DNA from: Stramenopiles sp. TOSAG23-2
Lineage: Eukaryota
Direction of reading: 5' to 3'
Length of the DNA stretch: 64,000 nt
Assembly (NCBI GenBank): GCA_900128395.1
Contig: LT649244.1
Coordinates: 1-64,000, forward strand
Shown here in pieces: positions 9,625 to 19,700 of the stretch. Below the pieces are notes generated by a model, which saw nothing but the letters and a program-made list of their open reading frames with translations, did no database searches and was not told where the DNA came from. How positions within the stretch are numbered: position 1 is the first letter of the stretch; each line of letters opens with the position of its first letter. The position numbers and the translations under genes are program-made.

Positions 9625-12588
9625 TTATATTGTCATATTGCTAAGAGTAGCAGCACGATTTGGTATTTGACTTTCAATCAACCATTTTTTTTTGGATGAT
9701 TCCTCCCTTTCATGTCGCTCTTTGTCCGCTAAAACTTTTGCTTTCATTCCAGCATTTTTTTCAAGTGCTTTCCTCGTTTTGTCAACATCCCGTATTGTGC
9801 CAATTACACTGTTCACCATAATGTTATCAATTTCTTCATCATCACTCTCGGAATCAATATCGACGTTGAGAAACTTTTTGGTTTTTTCTCTTGCAATTTT
9901 AACTGGTACAGAAAATTTGCAACAAGTTTTGCTTATCAAAATTGCAATTCCAGCTGATAAAATTGACAGTAATGCTCCAAACTTAGCTTCTCCTTCCAGA
10001 ACTGGTGAATTCGGATATGCCACACCAGAAACAAAAAGTGCAACTGTCAAACCAATTGATGCAATGAAACCAATCATGAAGCAATCACGAGTTTGAATAC
10101 CGGGAGGCGGAGGATATCCAATTTTAGTACCAATCATGCTCATCAGACCTATTCCAAGTGTTTTACCCAAAATTAAACTCAGAAAAATACTAATAGATAA
10201 TATGCCAGAATTTTTCATTTGCACACCACCATTTACTAATCCAAAACTGAACATGACACCTATATCAACAAATGGCTTCAAGTCATGCTCAAATGCATGC
10301 AGTGGTGCTTTTGATCCGTGGTCTTCTTCTTCTTCATCATCCGTATGCCCATTGTTATTGCCGTTTTCTAAATCCCTCTTCATTCGTTTCTTTTCCTCTC
10401 CAGGCAATTCATTTGGTAAAAATGGAACGACGCCAACCAATGCTAAGGCTGGATGTATTGAACATTCCATCAAACCAAACCATGCCACTGGACCGGCAAT
10501 AAATATATACAATTTCCAATTCATAAATTTAAGTTTCATAAATACGTACGATATCAACATTGATAAAACAATTAATAAAAGATACAAATAATTAGGCGAT
10601 TGACTTTTATTTGGATATGCAATTGCTATTATAATGAGACCCAAACCATCATCAACAATTGCTAATAGTAATAAATATAAAATTGCTGGATGCCCAGAAC
10701 CGAAAACAAAATATGCCGTAACCCACGCCAATGAAATATCAGTAGCAGTTGGTATTCCCCAACCATTGGCAACATCGGCAAATGTTACATCAGATGGATA
10801 TAAACCCATTGAATGAAAGATAAAAGTAAACAGGAAAAAAAAGGCAACAGGACCAAATACACCACCAAATGTACCTAATAACGGATTGATCGCTTTTTCA
10901 CGTGGTGGATACATTGAACCACCTGGCGAAACTGCTTCTGTAATTTCTTTTACTGCTAAACCGAAGAAAAAACACATGAAAATATCATTTACTATGAAAT
11001 GTATTGTAACATCATGTTTATAGTGTAAATTTAAAATTGTTGGCTTAGTAGTAGACGATGAAGACGATGATAATAACATTCTTCGAGATGCAGAGACAGT
11101 GTCATTGGTTGCAACAACACCAAGTCCACTGCCACTAACATCACCATGATGCCCAGGGCCTAACCAATGATCATATGAATTTTGGGATGTATTTGCCCAT
11201 ATCATTGCAAGTAAAATACCAAGCAATAATGGCATTGCATATGTTGTTGCCGTTTCAATTGCATGTGACAAGGTATCACATCTAAGTTCTACGTTTTGCC
11301 TTGCTTCCCATTTTGCCCATTGCTTACTTGTTTTTGCAAGAGCAGATAACTCTCTACCTAATCGTATCTCTCGTTTTTTCATACCTTTTTTGGTTGGACG
11401 ATGAATTTCCGGAACCATTTTGATCTTATGTACACGTTGCTCCAGTTCAAACCGTAATTCACTTGGATTCATCGCCGTATATGCAGCGCAACAGATATGT
11501 TCATCTTGCATCAATGCCGCAAATGACCCACCAATTTCTATATCCAATTTTCTTGCCTCTGCATTATCAACGCCTAATACAATGACTAAAAACCGAGCAT
11601 TTTTAACATCCATCCCAACATTTACAGCAAATTCTAATCGTGCAAATATGATAATTCTATGATCCGTTTTTGTATCATCTAATACACCATCAGATCTATC
11701 CTTATATTTCATAAAATCACTTTCAGCAACTTTGATCAACATTGCTTCTTCTGCATATTCTTGCTCTAATACATCGGTTAAAAAACTTAACCGACGAGAC
11801 AAAGTACTAGAGTTCACAGCGGAATTGTTACTAACTTCTCTTGACATTCTAATTTCATTTTCATTTTCAACCGGATTCCGTTTTTGATGACCACATAACA
11901 TGTCAATAGCCTCTAACCTAGCTTCCATCGGAAAAATCTTTCGTTTAATGGCTTTATCAATAATATTTCTAACGACAGCACCAAACGTAAAACCTGGAAC
12001 ATCTATCATGACATGACTGTTTGAAAGACGTTGCAATATTTGTGTCAATCCATATATGCTTACTTGTGGTATTTGTGGCTTGCCCCATACGGTAGGCTTT
12101 TCACCACCTGGATAGATTTTCTTAGCTTTCTCCTCCAATCCATAATTCCATCTATGCGTATGACACCACTTATCCCCTCGTAGTTCATCCAGTTCCGCAA
12201 ATACATGTTTATCTCTCCAAAATTGATGACTTTGTGCTGGCATTTCTATCTTTTCTTTCTTGTCACTTAACCGCATTGGGGGACGAAAATCCGATGCGCT
12301 GTGGTGTTTTTTCTGTCCTGGTGGTTCAAATGAATCTTTTTGAACTTGCTTCGCGTGACTAGCTAAATAGTGCAGTTTCTCTACTATCGACCTTTGGTTA
12401 CTTCCTGGTGATTTCATATAATGTTCCAGCGCATTTATTGTTGGCAAAGCACTTAAGTTCAAAGCTGAAGGAGCATCTTTTCTCTGAAAATTTTCATTTG
12501 TTTTATCATTATTTATTGCATTCCCACTCTCAACCGTTACTATCTCTGCTTCCACAGGTTTAATATTTGCAGAAGGTCTAAATGACAT
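9625..12588 (-). CDS. nhaA: NhaA-type Na+/H+ antiporter with N-terminal Band-3/SLC4-like cytoplasmic domain
   Basis: FIVNDIFMCFFFGLAVKEI, GWGIPTATDISLA, LLAIVDDGLG, SIHPALA, LGKTLGI, IASIGLTVALFV; N-terminal ELDEL..W..RW..LEE..WGKP and RFLVIVLG..EIG..AALM. Confidence 0.9.
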   Translation of the reverse strand: MSFRPSANIKPVEAEIVTVESGNAINNDKTNENFQRKDAPSALNLSALPTINALEHYMKSPGSNQRSIVEKLHYLASHAKQVQKDSFEPPGQKKHHSASDFRPPMRLSDKKEKIEMPAQSHQFWRDKHVFAELDELRGDKWCHTHRWNYGLEEKAKKIYPGGEKPTVWGKPQIPQVSIYGLTQILQRLSNSHVMIDVPGFTFGAVVRNIIDKAIKRKIFPMEARLEAIDMLCGHQKRNPVENENEIRMSREVSNNSAVNSSTLSRRLSFLTDVLEQEYAEEAMLIKVAESDFMKYKDRSDGVLDDTKTDHRIIIFARLEFAVNVGMDVKNARFLVIVLGVDNAEARKLDIEIGGSFAALMQDEHICCAAYTAMNPSELRFELEQRVHKIKMVPEIHRPTKKGMKKREIRLGRELSALAKTSKQWAKWEARQNVELRCDTLSHAIETATTYAMPLLLGILLAMIWANTSQNSYDHWLGPGHHGDVSGSGLGVVATNDTVSASRRMLLSSSSSSTTKPTILNLHYKHDVTIHFIVNDIFMCFFFGLAVKEITEAVSPGGSMYPPREKAINPLLGTFGGVFGPVAFFFLFTFIFHSMGLYPSDVTFADVANGWGIPTATDISLAWVTAYFVFGSGHPAILYLLLLAIVDDGLGLIIIAIAYPNKSQSPNYLYLLLIVLSMLISYVFMKLKFMNWKLYIFIAGPVAWFGLMECSIHPALALVGVVPFLPNELPGEEKKRMKRDLENGNNNGHTDDEEEEDHGSKAPLHAFEHDLKPFVDIGVMFSFGLVNGGVQMKNSGILSISIFLSLILGKTLGIGLMSMIGTKIGYPPPPGIQTRDCFMIGFIASIGLTVALFVSGVAYPNSPVLEGEAKFGALLSILSAGIAILISKTCCKFSVPVKIAREKTKKFLNVDIDSESDDEEIDNIMVNSVIGTIRDVDKTRKALEKNAGMKAKVLADKERHEREESSKKKWLIESQIPNRAATLSNMTI

Positions 12589-12794
12589 TATTATTATTAT
12601 TACTAAATTGATACGAGAGTATTTACTTCGTTAATAAAAAATAATTAATAATATATTTATAAAAATAATATTATATAGCCTTTGCGCTTTCAATTAGTGG
12701 TATCCAATGAACCAAGTTGCTACTAATACCTATCTGTATATATATGACGGTATTCACAAATTTCAATCTTCTCTCATGTATATGTCTATGTAGA

Positions 12795-13043
12795 ATATAC
12801 AGCAATCAATGTATCTATATATATTCACACACAAATATATTTCTACTATTTATTTATAATACTGATTATTCTTACTGTTTTTTTGTTTGTGGTATAATGG
12901 TATAATAATTAAGAATATATATACAGCAATCAATGTATCTATATATATTCACACACAAATATATTTCTACTATTTATTTATAATACTGATTATTCTTACT
13001 GTTTTTTTGTTTGTGGTATAATGGTATAATAATTAAGAATATA
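12795..13043. repeat. 124-bp tandem duplication
   Basis: AGCAATCAATG at 12801 and 12925, with identical downstream sequence. Confidence 0.9.
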
Positions 13044-13324
13044 TAGAATCTATTATTACATTTTGTATAGGTGCATAGCCGAGTGCTGAGTGCTGAGAAC
13101 TGTTTTGTTACATTTTGTACAGAATATTATAGCACAATACAAATCTAGAACAAAGGCTTCTGACTGATTAGAGCTACGGGCGTTTAATAGTACTACGTGA
13201 TACGTGACATGGTGGTATTAATAATATTATAAGAATACCAATTCTTATACTTAAAAAAAAGAAACTTTCGATTGTATAATATATATTCTAGATGTAAACT
13301 GGTAAACATTGGCCAAATAATTTT

Positions 13325-13528
13325 TTAATCATAATCACCCTTTGCAAAAATATTTCTAAACCCACAATCACCTTTCGTTCCTGCATTTCCTTGACCATCG
13401 CTTGAAGTCATTTGATCAAAACAATTGCATATTCCAGTTTCATAATTGCAAAGACCATGATCCGCGCAGAGCACATCCTCCGTTGAACCTTTTGTTTTCT
13501 CAAAGATTGTTATTGCAGCATTTGTACC
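13325..13528 (-). pseudogene. 3' fragment of an EGF-like domain protein (5' part missing)
   Basis: Own translation: GTNAAITIFEKTKGSTEDVLCADHGLCNYETGICNCFDQMTSSDGQGNAGTKGDCGFRNIFAKGDYD*; no in-frame ATG upstream of this segment. Confidence 0.75.
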
Positions 13529-13530
13529 CT

Positions 13531-13677
13531 GGTTTGCAAAAGCTAATGAAAGGATTAAGACGTGTTGATCCGATTCAAATACGTAACTTTGATGACATTT
13601 TAACTAGATGTGGGGAGATTGGCGAGTTTCGGGGTATAGTGGAAGAGATTAAAAGTGTAATATATGGGAAGAAATGA
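13531..13677 (+). pseudogene. 3' fragment of an unrelated gene
   Basis: GLQKLMKGLRRVDPIQIRNFDDILTRCGEIGEFRGIVEEIKSVIYGKK*, followed by the 3'-type GTTCGTA motif at 13715. Confidence 0.45.
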
Positions 13678-13794
13678 GAGAGAATGGACAAAGGAGAACA
13701 TACAAATACCGCGCGTTCGTACGTGTGATAAATATCATAATCAGTACTATATTATAACCACCACTGACTGTTGAGTCAAATTGAAAGAAGTTAG

Positions 13795-13821
13795 CTTAGA
13801 GAGGATCCGATCCTCTCTAAG
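13795..13821. repeat. Perfect 13-bp hairpin with 1-nt loop
   Basis: CTTAGAGAGGATC-C-GATCCTCTCTAAG. Confidence 0.9.
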
Positions 13822-14220
13822 GCTTTAAAATAGCAGCGGAATATCATCAACAACACGTGCGCACGACTGCGTAGACTCTACCCTATCATACCAGGTACTT
13901 TTTTTTCTTCTTCTTTATCTATTACCTGGTATAGCCTTAGTAACTTAGTAAACTTAGGGCTGGGATAGATAGCCAGGATAGCTACGAGGTACTATTGCAG
14001 TGCTGTTCCTCCAATAATAATACTAATAATAATACCAGGCGGCATTCCAGCATTCTTTTATATATCTATTTCAAAATATATACTGTAGATAGATAATATA
14101 GTACTATTCATTCATATTGTGTTAGTTTAGTTAGATAGTTTGTACATTGATTAATTTTTACTTGATTAGATACTATTACCATCATCACATATATATACAT
14201 TTGTTAAAAATAAAATAAAA

Positions 14221-15168
14221 ATGGATGGAGATAGTAATAATTTAATGAATGAAAATAATAATCATGAGGAACATACAGCAAATGCGTCAATATGGTATTT
14301 ATGTGCTTTCCTTTTTTATATACCTTTATTAATATGGTTTGTATTATTACTATTATTGCAATTGAATTTAATATCGTCAAAGAAAAAAAATAGATTCCCT
14401 ATTATGTTTTTAACATTATCAACCATTTCACTTTCTGCAAGGTTTGTTTGGTGTATACTAAGAGCAAGTGAAGATGCAACATCGTATCGTTCTATTTTCT
14501 CCTCTATAAGTGATTTGTCAAACCTAACAGCGTTAAGTTGCTATTTATTGAGTTTGTGTTTAATTATGGATAATGTACGCAATAAGGAATATCCACAAAC
14601 GATGCTATGCACACTATTTAATATAACAGTTTATGTTATATACGTTTTATTTAGATTAAGATATTTTTCGGAAAAATATGCTGAAATTGGATATGTAATC
14701 ACGATGAGTGTTGCACGTCTACTATTAGGTTTATATTTCATCTACGTTGGACGTGAATTACAAGTACGTTTAGGAAAATTCGGTGTTTTACGCGAAACGG
14801 GAAATCGTGTCTGTTGCTTAGGTGTAGTTGTATGTATATTTTACGTGTTGCAAGTGTCTTTATGGACGCTTGGGACTATTAGTGACAATGGAAAATTGCT
14901 TGGCAAGATCGATTCAATTTTGTATCCATGGTTTTATTATCCATTGCCTGATACTTTTTGTAATTCGTTTTTTTTATTTTTTTTCACAGCTGCTGTAAAT
15001 CGTCAATTACAAAATAGTAGAAAGCTTGGTTCTCCACTTCGATATTCCAGTTATGAACAACATGAAGATGATATGGAGACAGATGAGAATGGTTTTGCGA
15101 AGCAAACTCCATTAGATTTTGGTTATTACAACCAAATTAATAATGCAGATGTAGCTTCTGGCGTGTAA
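14221..15168 (+). CDS. Seven-TM protein, THH1/TOM1/GPR137-like
   Basis: About 7 hydrophobic helices in 315 aa, RFVWCIL, FIYVG..L..RL, FYYPLPD, polar C-tail. Confidence 0.6.
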   Translation: MDGDSNNLMNENNNHEEHTANASIWYLCAFLFYIPLLIWFVLLLLLQLNLISSKKKNRFPIMFLTLSTISLSARFVWCILRASEDATSYRSIFSSISDLSNLTALSCYLLSLCLIMDNVRNKEYPQTMLCTLFNITVYVIYVLFRLRYFSEKYAEIGYVITMSVARLLLGLYFIYVGRELQVRLGKFGVLRETGNRVCCLGVVVCIFYVLQVSLWTLGTISDNGKLLGKIDSILYPWFYYPLPDTFCNSFFLFFFTAAVNRQLQNSRKLGSPLRYSSYEQHEDDMETDENGFAKQTPLDFGYYNQINNADVASGV

Positions 15169-15471
15169 AATTATATATATATATACGCTTCTCGTATTTT
15201 TTTAATATTATATAAAAATTTTTTTATCAAAATCTCTCTTCTCTCGCTATAATTTTCGTCTCGCGCAAAAGATCTTAAATCTTGATAAAACCATTATTTT
15301 TTATTATTGTCTCAGTTAATATTGTATTCTATCTGTGGAGAGTAGGAATTATCATGAGAGTAAATTAAAAAACAAATTATTGCATTAATCATACTATATA
15401 TGCATGCATGTATATATATAATATGATATTTTTACACGAAAAATAATATACTTCGTACGAAGTATTTTTAT

Positions 15472-16371
15472 TTAAAATAAAGAATTGATTGAAAGAAGAA
15501 TCACGAGAGATGCATAATAATATATTTTTCTTCGTAATTGTCGGTTACTATTGATAATAGTGGTACCATCATCGTCATGATCACTCCTTTCATTTTCTAT
15601 ATTTTTTGTACCAAAACAATCTATAAAATTTTTATTCACAATATGAATAATTTCACTTTCACTTTTTTTATAATATTTCGCTAATTCTTTATATGCATTT
15701 TGAATATTGATTGGATCTGTATCATCTGTTTCTGCCAATACTCTATTAATCGGTATGCCTTTCAAGCTTTTTAAACGCAGTGGTACAGAAAAGGAATAGT
15801 AAATGTTGGGAAACGTAAGAGCAAACATTTTGCTCATATCATACGATCCACTCCATCCATGTAATAACATTGGTGGCAAATCATCTTTCAACATACTTTT
15901 TCTTTTTTTCATAGTTTTTTTATTGTCGTAATTTACATACAGATACTTTTTCAATATCTCAAACATTGTACCGTGACAACGAACACAATGAATTGAAGCT
16001 GGACGTTTTAATTCTATAGCTAATTTTAATTGGCTTTCGAAAATTTCTTTTTGTTTTACACCATAATTACGTTTCTTGTCTAATCCTATTTCGCCTACTA
16101 AGGATTGCGGGTGGTTTATTAATCGTGCCTTTAATCGCCCTAACCACCCATCTGTACAATGATCGATATACCAAGGGTGAACACCATAACATGGAATGAT
16201 TCTATTTTTAAATTGGTTTGACAATATTTCAATTTCTTTAAAATCATTTTCAGATGTTGAGTTACATATCATTTGACCAATTAAATTTTTTCTATACATG
16301 TTTTCATAATTCTTTAATTTTTCATCTGAATTATTCCCTAATTGCAAATGTGCATGTGAGTCATGATACAT
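15472..16371 (-). CDS. tatD: TatD family DNase with hydrophobic C-terminal tail (ATG at 16371)
   Basis: DSHAH, YGVHPW, VGEIGLD, SIHCV, LHGWSG, LAETD. Confidence 0.9.
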   Translation of the reverse strand: MYHDSHAHLQLGNNSDEKLKNYENMYRKNLIGQMICNSTSENDFKEIEILSNQFKNRIIPCYGVHPWYIDHCTDGWLGRLKARLINHPQSLVGEIGLDKKRNYGVKQKEIFESQLKLAIELKRPASIHCVRCHGTMFEILKKYLYVNYDNKKTMKKRKSMLKDDLPPMLLHGWSGSYDMSKMFALTFPNIYYSFSVPLRLKSLKGIPINRVLAETDDTDPINIQNAYKELAKYYKKSESEIIHIVNKNFIDCFGTKNIENERSDHDDDGTTIINSNRQLRRKIYYYASLVILLSINSLF

Positions 16372-16704
16372 GATTATGATACATATATATATAATATATA
16401 TATAGAATTTTGATATTTTGACTTTCAATTTTTTCTATATATTGTTCTAGTATTTACAGTAAGCATATTGATAATGACATCAATAATATATAGTTTTTTT
16501 TAGTAGTACCAGGTGGTAGTTTTTTTTTATTAGGCCACATCAGGTAATATTTTTGAGATAGGAAAAGACGAGATGTTAGAATATATACTTTGAAAAACTA
16601 ATAAATAATAACTAAATTTAAATAATATACTAATAATTTTTTACATCTTACACAGCCTTTTTATTTCACTTCTTATAATAAATGAAATAAATAATATCAT
16701 ACCT

Positions 16705-19700
16705 CTACTCAAACCCAGGCTCATCCAATTTTTCGTATGATGATATATTATTTCGTAAAATATAAACATTTCCTAAATCATCGCCAACCATAAGAATACT
16801 CTTATCCTGCGGATGAAAACATATTGATTGAACATCGCCATACGATTCAAAGACCGGAAAAGTTACACCTGTCGAAATATCTTTTATACAGACAGTTGTC
16901 TTTGTCGGTGTAAATACATACGTAGAAGATCGATTACATACATCAATAATATTACCATCCACAAATGATCCAAGTAAACCTTCATCAACAAGCGGGTTCA
17001 TTTTGAATTGTAATTTTTTCAAGCTAGAATTTACATGTTCTAATAAGGTCTCCTTTTCCATCTTGCTGACAGCATCAGTTAACGATTTGAACCGCAAGTA
17101 AATTTCGTTTTTAATGGTAGAGATACCTTTTTGTAATTCCAAATCCTCATGCCATATCTTCATTGTTCCCTTCGATAGGTCTACAAGTTCCTTTATATCC
17201 AAGCTTTTTAACCGGCCATCAATTATACCAATGATTGATGGAATGGATGATGCCTTATATCGAAATACAATACGTTTATAACCTTTTAAATTTTGGAAAT
17301 CCGTATTTACATATAACAATTCAAATGTGTTTACTGAAAAAACTCTTAATTCCCCCGTTCTACTACAACTAATCACACTGGTTTCATCACGAGTCAATAT
17401 CAAAAGTTCGACAGGATGCTTGTGCATATTATTCAGTGCTAGTATTTCAGCACCATTTAGATCATCTTCGTTAATTTCATTGCCATCGCCATTAGATACA
17501 TTTGATGCATATTTGGCAAATTTTCCAGAAATTGTATTCCAACTTTGTAAGACTCCGGTTACAGAACCAGAAACGAAAAATTCGCTGTTTTTGGAAAATG
17601 TTATAGCAGAAATTTTTGAAGTATGCCACTCAAATTCACGGAAAAAGGTGTAATCTGTTCCATTCCATAAACGAATAATCCCTTTATTAAATCCAGCCAA
17701 AATAAATTTATCGGTTGGAGAAAATTGGACTTGTGAAACAGGATCGTTTACCTGAGTCGATAGAATATCTAGTGTTTCACCGCTTTCATACGACCATACA
17801 TTTATAGCTCCCTGGGCGCACCCACTCAATGCACGGGAAGAATCGCAGCTAAATGAAGTACATGTAATTTTCCTTTGATGCAATCGCAACGACAAATTAT
17901 CTAATATCGGTACATTCAAATCATCCTTAGAAGACTGGGAAGAAACACTATTGTTCAATTGTATTGACGAGCTATAGTTACCAATGCTTTTGTTCTTCAA
18001 AGGCATTGACCGATGGTAGTTAATATAATTCTTTTGTTCAAACATTTTTTTTTCTTTTAGTATTTTATTTATCACTTTGACAGAATATTTATCAACCGTT
18101 AAAATTGTTTTCACTTTCGTATCGTCGTTGCTATCTTTGAAGTCTTTCTCTGCATTTGCATCAATGTTATTCATAACAAAGCCACTTGATATGATGGTGT
18201 CATGATGTTGATCAACAATGCCTTTGCATGCATAAGTATTGGCATCCCATACTAAGGTTTTTCCATCGGATCCAGAGGAAACAATGTGCAGCTCATCTTC
18301 TGCCCAAGATAGAGAAGTAATTGATCCAATATGTCCACTGCATCTGAATAACTGTTCGCCACTTATTTTGTATACATCCATGCATCCATATATCTTATCA
18401 CCCACCAAAACTATTTCAGAATTTCGATTGAATGCAATAACCTTTGCGAACGTTTGATTTCTTAAACGAAATTTAGTTTTAAATTTTAGGCCCGATTTTA
18501 AAACTTCCCATATCTGTACAAAACCGTTTTCTAGACCCACACCAACAAACTTTGAGTCTGGAGACATAGACACAGAACTAATGACCGATGATTCACCAAC
18601 GGAGGAAAATTCAACATGTCGCAAAAACTTATTTCCTTCCGATGGGTTAATATCCAAATACCAACATATAATTTCACCCCCCTCAGTACATGTTACTAAT
18701 GCAGGAGAATCTTTGTTATTTGCATTGCCGCAACATGAAACAATAAGATTTTTTTTGAATTTGGTCTTCTCAAGTGTAGTAGCAGTGGAAGTTTCCCATA
18801 ATATCAATGTATTTTGTGCAATAGACGCAACAAACATACCAAAATGCAGCATGAAAACGTTGGTAACTGGACTTCGATGACCATCAAAGACGAACGATTG
18901 TACTTTTTCCCCTGAAGCCTTTTCAAAAAGGAACAAATGCCCATTGAAATGGCCAGTTACAAATAAATTACTCTTTGAATTAGTATGGAAAGAAACAATA
19001 TCACTGGTTTTTATTGTAAATATTGAGCGAGAGACGGCATTGTTTTCCGGTTTATTGATCCATGTATATAGAGATTTACGAGCTTCACTTCCCAATGATT
19101 CAAGATAATCTAACGCTTCCATGTATATTGGAGACTGGCTTGGAAAGTTTAAACCGAAAAGTGTCATATGTTGCTTGTTTTTGCTTCCGTTATGTGCAAT
19201 CCAAGATTGAAAATATGTAAAATATTGCATTATATCTTTCCGCACTTTATTAATTTCTACATTAGTAAATTCTTTAAGTTTACTTGTAGTATATTTGCCA
19301 TTATCCCGACGGGATAAAACAACGAATGCATTATCCCCATATGCATTACCAGACATCTTTTGTATTATATCGCCATATAAGTTTAATGCTAAATCTTGAA
19401 ATTCAATACCTATTTGCTCTTGAACGTCTTCCATCATGCATTGATTTATAAAATCAATCGAACAAACAGCTCTGCGCAAATTTTTAAAATTATACGACAT
19501 CACTTGATAAAATGGCATATCTAATAAATATCTTGTGGTTACAACTGCATCATCTTCTTCTTTTAAAATATGCATTGCCTTACTTAAATTGTTGTAATGA
19601 TTTGCTTGAGATTGAAATGAAGATGCGTACAATTTTTTAATAGTTGCATTTAAAAGCTTCGATTTGATTTGATAACATGATGTGTCTGAGGAGGAATATG

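Noticed and set aside
9692-11662. Several antisense ORFs within nhaA (and similar ones inside other long genes)
   Set aside because: Shadow frames of real CDSs with no motifs
13402-13530. N-terminal half of the 91-aa plus-strand ORF
   Set aside because: It is the antisense of the EGF-like fragment; TTG start
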